64,000 nucleotides of DNA, from contig DASYTZ010000142.1 of assembly GCA_036001745.1 (NCBI GenBank), positions 1,131 through 65,130 of the forward strand, written 5' to 3'. Position 1 is the stretch's first letter; every line of letters begins with the position of its first letter. Shown in pieces: positions 7,442-16,928 of the stretch. The notes under the pieces are model-generated. The model was not told where the DNA came from, made no database searches, and saw only the letters and a program-made list of their open reading frames with translations. This stretch comes from Pyrinomonadaceae bacterium. Its GTDB lineage: Bacteria; Acidobacteriota; Blastocatellia; Pyrinomonadales; Pyrinomonadaceae. A program made the position numbers and the translations under genes.

Positions 7442-9244
7442 ATGAAACAGAAGAAGATTCGCATCACGGACCTGCTTTATCCGCACGCGCCGAGCCTCGC
7501 GCTCGCGTTCGTCGCGGTGCTGGGCGAGAGCATCACGGACTTGCTCGAGCCGTGGCCGCTAAAGGTCGTCTTCGATTACGTTTTCGGCTCAAAGCAGATG
7601 CCCGAGTGGCTGGCGACGATCGTTGGCTTCATCGGCTCAGACAAACTTTCAATTCTCAATTTCGCGGCGCTGGCGGTGATTGCGATTGCCGTCTTTGGCG
7701 CGATCAGTTCTTACGGTGAAAAGTATCTGACGACGAGCGTCGGCCAGTGGGTGATGCATGACCTGCGGCGGGTGCTCTACAGCCACATTCAAAAACTCTC
7801 GCTGTCTTATCACGATCAAAAGCGCACCGGTGATTTGATCAGCCGTGTCACGAGCGACATCGATGCGGTCCAGAATCTGATCTCTAACGTCTTGCTCGGC
7901 ATGGTGGTGAACGTGTTGACGCTTGTCGGCATGCTCGCCGTGATGACGTACCTGAACTGGCAATTCACACTGATTGCGATGGTGGTCGCGCCGGGATTGT
8001 TCTGGGTCGTCTATCACTACACCCGTCGCATCAAGGAAGCATCGCGCGACGTGCGCCGCAAAGAAGGCGAAGTTGTTTCCGTGCTTGAAGAAGTGCTGTC
8101 GTCGATTCGCGTGGTGAAAGCGTTCGCGCGCGAAGATTACGAGCAGGAGCGATTCGAAAAACAGAGCCTGGAAAGTGTCGAGCGCGCCTTGGCCGCGCGC
8201 AGCCTGAAGGCGAAGCTAGCGCCCCTGGTCGAAGTGATTGTCGCGTGCGGCACTTGTCTGGTGCTTTGGTGGGGCGCGCGTCTGGTCGTGTCGGGCGCGT
8301 TGACCTCGGGAGAGCTGCTGGTCTTTCTGCTTTACCTCGGCAAGATGTACAAGCCGATGCGCGAGCTTTCGAAGATGACTGACACCATTTCGAAAGCCGA
8401 CGTGGGTTGGGAACGCATTCGCGAAGTTCTTGAGAACGAAACGCAAGTTAAGAATCTTCCCGGCGCCAAACGCGCGCCGAAATTCAAAGGCGACATCGAA
8501 TTTGATCGCGTGTCTTTCGCGTACAACAAGGAGCAGCCGTTGCTTGCCGATCTGAGCCTGAAAATCCAGCCCGGACAGTTAGCGGCTTTGGTTGGGCCAA
8601 CTGGCGCGGGCAAGACGACGATCGTGAGTCTGTTGCCGCGATTCTACGATGTGACTTCAGGCAGCATCCGCATCGACGGCCAGGACATTCGCCGGTACAA
8701 ACTGAAGTCGCTGCGCCGTCAAATCAGTTTTGTTTTGCAGGAAACAATTCTGTTTCGCGCGCCAATCTGGCAGAACATCGCCTACGGAAAACCCGAAGCC
8801 ACCCGCGAAGAAATCATTCGCGCGGCGCAGCTCGCTAATGCCGAAGAGTTCATTCTGCGCATGCCGGAAGGCTATGACACGATGGTTGGCGAACGCGGCA
8901 TGACCTTGTCAGGCGGTCAGCGTCAACGCGTCACCATTGCCCGCGCTATCATTCGCGAAGCGCCGATTCTCGTTATGGATGAACCATCGTCGGGTCTGGA
9001 CGCGGAGTCTGAGAATTTGGTCTTCGACGCGTTGTCGAATTTGATGGCTGGCAAGACTTCAATCGTGATCGCCCATCGCCTCGCCACCGTCAGCCGCGCC
9101 GACGTGATCTTCGTCATCGACGGCGGCCGCGTCGCCGAGCAGGGAACTCATCAGGAACTGCTGGCGCGCGGCGGTTTGTATTCACGTCTGTACGAGTTGC
9201 AATTCAAGCGTGAAGACGAAGAGAGAGAAGTCGTAACGGTGTAG
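7442..9244 (+). CDS. ABC exporter, fused permease and ATPase (MsbA/type I exporter-like)
   Basis: Six-TM N-terminal half, then GPTGAGKTT, LSGGQRQR and ILVMDEPSS. Confidence 0.9.
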   Translation: MKQKKIRITDLLYPHAPSLALAFVAVLGESITDLLEPWPLKVVFDYVFGSKQMPEWLATIVGFIGSDKLSILNFAALAVIAIAVFGAISSYGEKYLTTSVGQWVMHDLRRVLYSHIQKLSLSYHDQKRTGDLISRVTSDIDAVQNLISNVLLGMVVNVLTLVGMLAVMTYLNWQFTLIAMVVAPGLFWVVYHYTRRIKEASRDVRRKEGEVVSVLEEVLSSIRVVKAFAREDYEQERFEKQSLESVERALAARSLKAKLAPLVEVIVACGTCLVLWWGARLVVSGALTSGELLVFLLYLGKMYKPMRELSKMTDTISKADVGWERIREVLENETQVKNLPGAKRAPKFKGDIEFDRVSFAYNKEQPLLADLSLKIQPGQLAALVGPTGAGKTTIVSLLPRFYDVTSGSIRIDGQDIRRYKLKSLRRQISFVLQETILFRAPIWQNIAYGKPEATREEIIRAAQLANAEEFILRMPEGYDTMVGERGMTLSGGQRQRVTIARAIIREAPILVMDEPSSGLDAESENLVFDALSNLMAGKTSIVIAHRLATVSRADVIFVIDGGRVAEQGTHQELLARGGLYSRLYELQFKREDEEREVVTV

Positions 9245-9265
9245 TGCGCCAAACATAGTCGATTG

Positions 9266-9295
9266 AAAAGGGCCGCCAAATGAGGCGGCCCTTTG
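9266..9295. terminator. Bidirectional intrinsic terminator between convergent genes
   Basis: AGGGCCGCC-AAATGA-GGCGGCCCT stem-loop, with an A-run upstream and TTTGTAATT downstream. Confidence 0.7.
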
Positions 9296-9320
9296 TAATT
9301 AGCGGCTAAACCGTTTTAGT

Positions 9321-10394
9321 TTACCGCACTCTTCGCGACCTGCTTGCCAACTGCGTATCGCGCAATCGATTCAGTTCGTTGATTCGATTTCGCATCGCGC
9401 GGACATACGCATCCTGCGTTTGGCGATCGTAGCCGGCCGCGCGGAACGCGTCACGCAATTGATCGTCCGATAACTGCGCCATCTTCGAACCGATCCAGGC
9501 CGCATCGCTGACCGGAACTTTATTCATCGTCGTGGTCGCTTTGTGTTGCCGAATGAAATACGGCGGATAGAAGACACTGAAGAGTCCCAGCTTCTTCGGA
9601 TGCAGATCGTAAGCAAACTTCACCTTGTCGCCTTCGACTTTGGTTACGTATCGCGAGCGAGTGTAGTCGCGCACGTTGTTTTTTGACCGACCAGCTCCGA
9701 TTCCCGCAGCCCGGCCCATCGTCGCGCCGAGGTCGGATACGGTGTAGCGGTCTTCGCCGGTGTCTTTGTCGTGCAGCACCTTATTGTTTTTCTTGAAAGT
9801 GTCCCAATTACCAACCATCACCATCATCGTTTTCAGCCCGTTCAATTCGCGCGTGTTTTTGAACGGATTCTTGCGCCAGCTCCATTGGTCGCCGCGCTTG
9901 ATGTTTTCGCGTCGCGGCTCGAAACGAGCGCCGATGACCGAATCGCCCTGCACGTACTTCTGTCCGCGCGACAGCTTCTTCATGCCGTCGATATGAGCGC
10001 GATTGAGATAGTAAGACTCCTCCGCGTTGTAGCCGGCCGCCCACACTAAGCGTGACGCGGCCGTCTCAGCCTGCGCCTCGGGACCCAGCTTGACGCGCCA
10101 CTTCACACCGCGCGCGTCTTCGACTTCGAACTTCGGCATGCCGCCTTCTTTTACTTCCTTCAAGAAGCGGAACGGCGGTTTTGGCGCCAGCGCCTCTGAA
10201 CCCGGCCCATAGTACAAATCACGCCGCCGCATGTTGCCTGGATCGCGCCAAAGCACAGGCGCGCCTTTTTCCTTCTGCTTCTTTTTCTCAGCTTTGACGA
10301 CCGAGAAGACCTCGACCGAGGCGATGACGATCAGCAGGCTCGCGATCAACGCGAGCACTCGATTCTTCCTCAAGGATTGCATTGAATTCCTCAA
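9321..10394 (-). CDS. Exported or membrane-anchored hypothetical protein with protein-kinase-like motifs
   Basis: N-terminal hydrophobic anchor LALIASLLIVIASV. Then KWRVKLG...EAQAETAASRLVWAAGY, GNWDTFKKNN (D-x4-N) and SDLG about 17 residues later. This order matches the kinase Lys / alphaC Glu / catalytic loop / DFG. The function is inferred only. Confidence 0.6.
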   Translation of the reverse strand: MRNSMQSLRKNRVLALIASLLIVIASVEVFSVVKAEKKKQKEKGAPVLWRDPGNMRRRDLYYGPGSEALAPKPPFRFLKEVKEGGMPKFEVEDARGVKWRVKLGPEAQAETAASRLVWAAGYNAEESYYLNRAHIDGMKKLSRGQKYVQGDSVIGARFEPRRENIKRGDQWSWRKNPFKNTRELNGLKTMMVMVGNWDTFKKNNKVLHDKDTGEDRYTVSDLGATMGRAAGIGAGRSKNNVRDYTRSRYVTKVEGDKVKFAYDLHPKKLGLFSVFYPPYFIRQHKATTTMNKVPVSDAAWIGSKMAQLSDDQLRDAFRAAGYDRQTQDAYVRAMRNRINELNRLRDTQLASRSRRVR

Positions 10395-10542
10395 TTCAGG
10401 AGAGCGTAAACAAGCGAGTTCAGCTGGCGCGGCTGCGCGCGGGGGAAGTGTTGGCGCTGAGGTACGAGCAATTCGCGTGCGTCAAACGACGCGACAGCGT
10501 ATCGCAAGAGAAGTGTTACAAGGCTGCAAGACTGAGCCGAAG

Positions 10543-10580
10543 AACAACAAAAAAGAGCCGCCGCAGTGCGCGACGGCTCT
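10543..10580 (-). terminator. Intrinsic terminator downstream of the phosphatase gene
   Basis: On the minus strand: AGAGCCGTCGC-loop-GCGGCGGCTCT (11-bp stem, 1 mismatch) followed by TTTTTTGTTGTT. Confidence 0.65.
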
Positions 10581-10614
10581 CATTTAGACTGCTTCACAGA
10601 GTCAGGCTGCGGTC

Positions 10615-11208
10615 TTACCGGCGACCTTGGGTCGCGATCGGTGTAGCAGTTTCGGACTGCACATGCTGTGCATAGTTCTCAACGAACTTCTTCTGGCCAC
10701 CGTGGCCGTTTGAAGTATAGAAATCGAACTTCAGCATTTCGTTGTAGACCTGGTCGAAATTCCAGTGATAGTTGTTGAATCGGTAGATCGCTCCCATCAC
10801 GCCCGTGCGGTGACGGCCGCCGGCGCAGTGCACGTAGAACTTGCCGGTTGCCGGATCGTTGACGGTTTTCATGAACTGGGCAATCTGCGCATCGCTCGGA
10901 TCGCGCTTGTCAGGAATCGCGATGTTGACGTAACGCAGGCCGGCGGCTTCAGCGTAACCTCTCTCTTCAGGCGTGTTGTCGGTCAAGTCGATGATTGTCC
11001 GAATGCCCAACGCCTTTAGGGTCTGGAAATCCTTCTGTTTTGGCCGCGCGCCACGATAAAAACGTTCGTCCATCTGGCCGAAGTTACTAATCTTGATATT
11101 CGAAAATCCATTATCGGAATTCTTTTTTGCAAGAGCCGCGGTGCTAAGGGCGAGAACAATCGCTACGGTCGCACTGATTTTCTTAAAGATATTTCTGGGG
11201 TTTTTCAT
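10615..11208 (-). CDS. Secreted Cys-based (dual-specificity/tyrosine) protein phosphatase
   Basis: CX5R active-site loop HCAGGRHRTG. Signal peptide MKNPRNIFKKISATVAIVLALSTAALA. ATG at 11208 has GGAGAA upstream; the track start is 11244. Confidence 0.8.
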   Translation of the reverse strand: MKNPRNIFKKISATVAIVLALSTAALAKKNSDNGFSNIKISNFGQMDERFYRGARPKQKDFQTLKALGIRTIIDLTDNTPEERGYAEAAGLRYVNIAIPDKRDPSDAQIAQFMKTVNDPATGKFYVHCAGGRHRTGVMGAIYRFNNYHWNFDQVYNEMLKFDFYTSNGHGGQKKFVENYAQHVQSETATPIATQGRR

Positions 11209-11510
11209 CTTCGTAATTCTCCGTTTCGTTCCGTTACCAGCCAAGGCTGGCGATTACGCAAGACCGGCATCAGTGAGTTTGCCGTGTGAGGGCTTTCACT
11301 TCCTTGATTTAGTCTCGCCTGTTATTTGAACCGCGTCGGGGGTTTTTCGACGCCACTACTTTGATTCAAATGCAGCGCCTTAAGTTGCACAGAGATTCGC
11401 GTTCGCGCCATGATTTTTGGCCAAAAACGCGCCAAAATTGGCCGTAAAACCGCACATTCTGTGCGTGCTCGAAATAGGTTATCCTAACAGGGTTTTTGCT
11501 CCATTTCGTC

Positions 11511-13004
11511 ATGCCTTTTTTTGATCTACTGCGCCTGTCGCTACGAAATCTTCGCGAGGCGAAACTGCGCGCGACGCTGACGTCGATGGGCGTCATCGTT
11601 GGCGTCGCCGTAATCGTCACAATGGTTTCGTTCGGCCTCGGGCTCCAGCGCAACATGCTTACGCGGTTTCGCGCGCTGGACTTGTTTAATGAAATTCGGG
11701 TGTTCGGGAAGAGCGTTTTCTCGATGGCGATGACGAACGTCGATCCGAAGCTGCGCCGCGACGAGACTCCTGGCGATCGGCGCGGCCCGGCGTTCAGAAC
11801 GAACCAGGCACCGACCCGAATCCTGGACGACGACGCCGTGGCTGAGATTCAGAAGATTCCGGGCGTCGCCTATGTTGAGCCGGACATTAGTTTCAACGTC
11901 TACGTTCGCTGCAATGGCCGCGTCGCGCCGCAAAGCGTCGCCGGCGCATCGGTGCCGAATGCCTCCTCTCGATTCAAGACATTCGCGGCCGGCAAGATGA
12001 TCACCAGCATGGATGCGGACGAAGCCGTCATCGATGACGTGGTGGCTGAGACCTGCGGCTATGCGAAGCCGGTGGACGCGATCGGGCAAACGATTGAGTT
12101 CCTGACGACGCGAGGCGAAACGGATAATCAGAACGAATCAGCGAAGGCTGAGGCCGATCAATCCGAAGAGGATACGGGACTAAGTTTCTTCGGACTGCCG
12201 CTCGAGGAAAATGATAGTCCGCCAGCCAACAAGATCGCGGCGCGCACGCTGCGCATCGCGGGCGTGCTGGGTCGAGAAAAGCGGGAAGGCGCGGCGCAGG
12301 GCGGGCCCACCGGCTTGATGATGAACGCGCAGATTTATGTGCCCCTGCCAGTGGCGCGCGATTGGGCGCGGACACATCGCAATCCAATGAGCGAAGTCGC
12401 GCTGGCACTTGCGCGACAAAGTGGCCAGCTCAACGAATCGCAAAACGAAGGCTATGGCTCGGCGGTAGTGCGCGTGAGTGATCCGGTGGCGCTGACTGAA
12501 GTGCGAAAGCGAATTGCGGAACTCGGCTTTGGGAGCTTCTCGATCGTCGATCAGCTCGATCAGATTCGGACGGTGTTTCTCATCATTGATTCCGTCCTGG
12601 GATTGTTGGGCGGGATTTCTCTGCTGGTCGCAAGTTTCGGAATCGCGAACACGATGATCATGTCGATCCTCGAACGCACGCGCGAGATTGGAATCATGAA
12701 AGCGATCGGTGCGGAGGATCGTGAAATTAAGCTGATCTTCTTCTTTGAGGCTGCGGTGATTGGTCTGACTGGAGGAGTCATCGGTTCGCTGGCCGCGTGG
12801 GGGATTGACGCCGTCGCGAACCGGCTGGCTTATCGATTCATCTTGAAGCCGCAGGGCGCATCGTTTGTTGATTTCTTCTCGCTGCCGCCGTATCTGTGGT
12901 TGGGCGCGATTGTGTTCGCGCTGTTGGTTTCAATCCTGGCGGCGCTTTATCCCGCGTCACGCGCGGCGCGCATCGATCCGGTGCGGGCACTGCGACATGA
13001 CTAA
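11511..13004 (+). CDS. ABC transporter permease, FtsX/MacB-type, no adjacent ATPase
   Basis: N-terminal LSLRNLREAKLRATLTSMGVIVGVAVIV, a large extracytoplasmic domain, and a C-terminal FtsX-like 3-TM bundle (ERTREIGIMKAIGA). ATG at 11511. Confidence 0.85.
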   Translation: MPFFDLLRLSLRNLREAKLRATLTSMGVIVGVAVIVTMVSFGLGLQRNMLTRFRALDLFNEIRVFGKSVFSMAMTNVDPKLRRDETPGDRRGPAFRTNQAPTRILDDDAVAEIQKIPGVAYVEPDISFNVYVRCNGRVAPQSVAGASVPNASSRFKTFAAGKMITSMDADEAVIDDVVAETCGYAKPVDAIGQTIEFLTTRGETDNQNESAKAEADQSEEDTGLSFFGLPLEENDSPPANKIAARTLRIAGVLGREKREGAAQGGPTGLMMNAQIYVPLPVARDWARTHRNPMSEVALALARQSGQLNESQNEGYGSAVVRVSDPVALTEVRKRIAELGFGSFSIVDQLDQIRTVFLIIDSVLGLLGGISLLVASFGIANTMIMSILERTREIGIMKAIGAEDREIKLIFFFEAAVIGLTGGVIGSLAAWGIDAVANRLAYRFILKPQGASFVDFFSLPPYLWLGAIVFALLVSILAALYPASRAARIDPVRALRHD

Positions 13005-13258
13005 GTCCTGTTAGTGAGCCCTACCGTCACAATCACGATCAAGAACACGACAAATTGAAAAATTAGTATTCCCGTCGCGACCATTCCGCAGATTCGTCCT
13101 GCCTTTGTTAAATCCCGGCCACCCGAATCCATTCGGCCTTCATCCATCTCTTTTAGATCCGCGTTTCCCATTGTCCACGCGGCGATGCCGAAAAGCTGAC
13201 AAAGAACGAGCCCAAGAATGCCGAAGACTAAAATTGAAACGCCGCGATGAGCTTTCAT
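13001..13258 (-). CDS. Small two-TM membrane protein (DUF4190-like)
   Basis: 85 aa with two hydrophobic helices and AGGA upstream of the ATG. Its stop overlaps the convergent permease stop by 4 nt. Confidence 0.6.
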   Translation of the reverse strand: MKAHRGVSILVFGILGLVLCQLFGIAAWTMGNADLKEMDEGRMDSGGRDLTKAGRICGMVATGILIFQFVVFLIVIVTVGLTNRT

Positions 13259-13301
13259 GTGGTGAATCCTAAACTAAGAACGCGGCAATGTTGAGGCGGT
13301 T

Positions 13302-13871
13302 TCAGATTGTGAGTGACTTGCCACACGAGTTACAGAATCTTGCCGTCGCATCTTTCTGCATCGCGTTGCAGTGTGGACACGAGAGTCCCATGCGAAGATT
13401 TGCGCCGCATGCTGAACAGTAAGCTGCGCCGGCGCTGGCGGCCGCACCGCAGGTCCCGCAACGTCCGGGCAGTGGTGGAACATAACCGCCGGCTTTGCGC
13501 GCGATGTGCGCTTCGATTTTGGTCCACGCGTCCTGGGTGAGCTTGTATTGCCAGTAAGCTCCGAGCGCAGGCAGCGCGATCAGCAATCCCGCCGACAGTG
13601 CAAGCGCGACTGCGGCAACCGCGGCTTTGTCGAACCACTTCTGCATCCCGATCTCGACGCGCGTGCCGCCGCTCTCGGGCGTGACCTTAATCGTCAGCGC
13701 CGCCGACAGTCCGGTGATGTCGCGCAACGTGCTAGACTTACGCGCTTGCAGCACGGCCGTCGAAGACACTTGCATCGTTTGAACTTCGAAATCTTCGTCG
13801 AACAGATCGCGAAGTTCGACCATCAGCTTGATTGTGTCGGCTTCGACGCCAGGATAGTAGCGGCTTTCCAT
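13302..13871 (-). CDS. Hypothetical membrane protein with a C-terminal double zinc-ribbon
   Basis: CGTCG...CSACG and CPHCN...CNSCG pairs at the C-terminus, one central TM helix, GAGGAAA upstream of the ATG. Confidence 0.65.
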   Translation of the reverse strand: MESRYYPGVEADTIKLMVELRDLFDEDFEVQTMQVSSTAVLQARKSSTLRDITGLSAALTIKVTPESGGTRVEIGMQKWFDKAAVAAVALALSAGLLIALPALGAYWQYKLTQDAWTKIEAHIARKAGGYVPPLPGRCGTCGAAASAGAAYCSACGANLRMGLSCPHCNAMQKDATARFCNSCGKSLTI

Positions 13872-13936
13872 TTTGTTTTTCCTCAGAGCATTTTACGTGA
13901 AGCGGCGAGAGATAGTTCAAAGATTTCAGCACATGA

Positions 13937-14057
13937 GTGTCAGAACCGCGAGCGGTAGCGACCGGATAATAATGGTAACTTGGAAACAACGCGACACAGT
14001 CCTCGCTTAACCATCGGATTAGCATGATCCGGTCGCTACCGCTCGCGGTTCTGACAC
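13937..14057. repeat. REP-like element: perfect 31-bp inverted repeat (GTGTCAGAACCGCGAGCGGTAGCGACCGGAT) with a 59-nt spacer
   Basis: Arms at 13937..13967 and 14027..14057 are exact reverse complements. A degenerate second copy lies at 59799..59881. Confidence 0.9.
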
Positions 14058-14078
14058 GGTCTTATCGGAGGTTAGTTA

Positions 14079-16238
14079 ATGAAACAAACAAGGCGAATTG
14101 TGGTGCTTGTCGTCTTCGCTGTCTTTTCTTTCCAGTCGATCGGTTTCGCACAGGACCGATCAGCCATCGATGGATTTGCACGTGATGCTTCAATCACGCA
14201 GCGCAACTTCGAACAACAATTTCGCAGTGTCCCTTCGCCCGCAAACGCTCGCGAAGAGTTGCGCCGGCTGACTTCTGAAGCGCACATCGCCGGTTCACCG
14301 GAAGATTACGCGACCGCGATTTACGTGCGCGATCAGATGCGCGGCTTCGGATTGCATTCAGAGTTGAAAGAGTACCAGGTGCTGCTGCCTTTCCCACGCA
14401 CGCCCAGCATCGTCGAATTGTTCGCGCCACGCCGCGAGCGGCTGCAAGTCCGTGAAGACGTTCTGGCGCAGGACCCAACTTCGTCAAGCAAAAAGATTGT
14501 GCCGCTTTACAACGGTTATGGCGCCAGTGGCGATGTGACCGCGCCGCTCGTCTACGCGAACTACGGACTGCCGAACGACTATGACGATTTGAAGAAGGCC
14601 GGCGTCGATGTGAAGGGAAAGATCGTCATCGCGCGTTATGGAAATTCGTTCCGCGGCGTCAAGGCGAAAGTCGCTGAAGACAATGGCGCGCGGGCCCTTC
14701 TCATCTATTCCGATCCGGCCGACGATGGCTACGCGCAGGGCGACGTTTATCCAAAGGGCCCCTGGCGGCCGGAGAGCTCCGCGCAACGCGGTTCCGTGCA
14801 ATTTCTGTTCGTGCATCCGGGCGATCCTCTGACGCCGGGAACTCCGGCGATTCCGGGCACGCCGCGCATTAAGAAAGAAGAAGCGACGAACCTTCCGCAC
14901 ATCCCGGTGCAGCCGATCTCCTACGGTGACGCGCGTCGTCTCTTGCAGCCGCTGCGTGGACCTTTGCGCCCGAAAGGATTTCAGGGCGCACTGGCGTTTC
15001 CGTATCACCTCGGCGGCACGAATGACGTGCGGGTTCATCTGAAAACCGACATTGAGTTCGTGACGAAAACAATTTGGAACGTCATCACGACGATCGACGG
15101 GGCCATGGAGAAAGATCGTTGGGTCGTGATGGGCAATCATCGTGATGCGTGGGTTTTCGGCGCAGTCGATCCGAACAGCGGCACAACGGCGATGCTCGAA
15201 GCCGGCCGTGGCTTTGGTCAATTGATCAAATCGGGTTGGCAACCAAGGCGCACAATCATCATGTGCAGTTGGGACGCGGAAGAGCAGGGACTGATCGGCT
15301 CGACTGAATGGGCGGAAGAGAACGCCGCCGAATTGCAGCAGAAAGCCATTGCGTACCTGAATATGGACGCCGCCGTGTCTGGCCCAAACTTTGGTGCGTC
15401 GTCGGTGCCGACACTTTGGAGATTGATTCGCGGCGCGGCACAAGAAATTCGCGATCCGAAAACGGGCAAGAGCGTTTATGAAGCGTGGCGCGATCGCGCA
15501 TGGGAGAATACTTCGGAATCGGATCGGTACGACAACAACGGAAACGAGAAACCGGTGCCCGCGCCGCGCATCGGTCCGCTCGGTTCTGGTTCCGATTACA
15601 CACCATTTCTTCAACACCTCGGAATTCCTTCGCTCGACATGAGTTTTGGCGGCGACTACGGCGTCTACCATTCTGCTTACGATTCGTTCTACTGGATGTC
15701 GCACTTCGGCGATCCTACATTTCAATATCACGTCGCGGCGGCACAGATTTGGGGCACAGTCGCAATGCGTCTGGCCGGCGCTGCGGCGCTTCCGTTCGAC
15801 TACAACGATTACGCTGCTGAGCTTCGCGAGTTCGTAAGGGAAACGAAGCGCTTGGCGAATCAAAAGAAGCGCGGCGACTGGGTTGACGAGAGGCCGCTGC
15901 TCGATGCCATTAATGATTTGGCAGATGAAGCTGCGAAGATTGAGAAACGCCGGCGCGACTTGCTGGACGATACGACAAGAAATGCAACGAAACTTCAGAG
16001 AATCAACGATGCGCTGATTCAAGCAGAGCGCGCGCTAATTGACGGACGCGGCTTACGCGGCCGAGGCTGGTACAAGCATCAAATTTACGCGCCGGGTTTT
16101 TACACTGGATATGCGGCCCTGCCCTTGCCGGATCTGCGGCAGGCGATTGAAGACGGGCGTGCTGACGACGCGCGCGACGCAGCCGCTCGGATTATGGAAG
16201 CAATCGAAGGTGCGGCTGAGGTCCTTAAGCGCGGGTAA
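14079..16238 (+). CDS. M28 family metallopeptidase, glutamate carboxypeptidase II / transferrin-receptor-like
   Basis: Signal peptide, PA-domain region, VVMGNHRDAWVFGAVDPNSGTTAMLE and a C-terminal helical dimerisation-like domain. GGAGG lies upstream of the ATG. Confidence 0.9.
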   Translation: MKQTRRIVVLVVFAVFSFQSIGFAQDRSAIDGFARDASITQRNFEQQFRSVPSPANAREELRRLTSEAHIAGSPEDYATAIYVRDQMRGFGLHSELKEYQVLLPFPRTPSIVELFAPRRERLQVREDVLAQDPTSSSKKIVPLYNGYGASGDVTAPLVYANYGLPNDYDDLKKAGVDVKGKIVIARYGNSFRGVKAKVAEDNGARALLIYSDPADDGYAQGDVYPKGPWRPESSAQRGSVQFLFVHPGDPLTPGTPAIPGTPRIKKEEATNLPHIPVQPISYGDARRLLQPLRGPLRPKGFQGALAFPYHLGGTNDVRVHLKTDIEFVTKTIWNVITTIDGAMEKDRWVVMGNHRDAWVFGAVDPNSGTTAMLEAGRGFGQLIKSGWQPRRTIIMCSWDAEEQGLIGSTEWAEENAAELQQKAIAYLNMDAAVSGPNFGASSVPTLWRLIRGAAQEIRDPKTGKSVYEAWRDRAWENTSESDRYDNNGNEKPVPAPRIGPLGSGSDYTPFLQHLGIPSLDMSFGGDYGVYHSAYDSFYWMSHFGDPTFQYHVAAAQIWGTVAMRLAGAAALPFDYNDYAAELREFVRETKRLANQKKRGDWVDERPLLDAINDLADEAAKIEKRRRDLLDDTTRNATKLQRINDALIQAERALIDGRGLRGRGWYKHQIYAPGFYTGYAALPLPDLRQAIEDGRADDARDAAARIMEAIEGAAEVLKRG

Positions 16239-16309
16239 ACACAATCAGCTTGGGCATCGAGTTGGATGGCGCTGCTCGCAAACGTTCGATTCGCGCGGGG
16301 AGCTGGACA

Positions 16310-16888
16310 TCAGCCATGCTCGCCTTTCGCGCGCGACCGGCTGATCTCAAGGCTCCGGAAAAACTGCTCTTTCATTACGTCTGATTCCGAGCCCTTCCGG
16401 GCACCGTAGACTATTCCCCACACGTCATTGCCGCCCACAAAGAATTTTCCGTGAAACGTTAACTGATCAGTTTCGCAGGTAAACTCGATCCCTGGAATGT
16501 TGGCCGATGGGGAAGCGTACTCGATAGACTTTGTTGACGTCACAGTTGCCGACAAGGCCTTGACGAAATTATCGACGTTGGCCTGGAGCTCTTTCTCAGT
16601 ATTGACTGTCCCGCCTTGATAGCTCGTGAACACGGTTCGAAACACCTGCCCTTCGAGTGTGGCCGTGTACATCTCAATCGAATAGGTAAATCCCTTCTCG
16701 GTTTTGGGAGGCTCAACTTGCCGCTCCGCCGGAGCGGGGAAAATAACGCTGTAGTGCCCCTCAGTTGAAGTGACTTTCGTGGCCTGCCCCAGCAGCAGAG
16801 TCGGAACGACTAGCACGATCAGCAGCGCCAGCAGACTTTGACGTACAGCTTGGAATCGTGAACCGAAAGTCCGGAACTCGCAGTTCAT
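16310..16888 (-). CDS. Exported hypothetical protein (beta-rich)
   Basis: ATG at 16888 with GGAGAC upstream. Signal-like LLALLIVLVVPTLLLGQA. The track start at 17002 would overlap the upstream gene. Confidence 0.6.
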   Translation of the reverse strand: MNCEFRTFGSRFQAVRQSLLALLIVLVVPTLLLGQATKVTSTEGHYSVIFPAPAERQVEPPKTEKGFTYSIEMYTATLEGQVFRTVFTSYQGGTVNTEKELQANVDNFVKALSATVTSTKSIEYASPSANIPGIEFTCETDQLTFHGKFFVGGNDVWGIVYGARKGSESDVMKEQFFRSLEISRSRAKGEHG

Positions 16889-16928
16889 AAGGGTCTCCTC
16901 TGAATTTGACGATCTTCCCGGAACGCGG

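Noticed and set aside
14484-16022. 512-aa ORF antisense to the M28 peptidase gene
   Set aside because: It is entirely nested opposite a confidently identified gene. The translation is R/A-rich and low in complexity, with no recognisable motifs and no RBS. This is typical shadow-ORF behaviour in GC-rich coding DNA.
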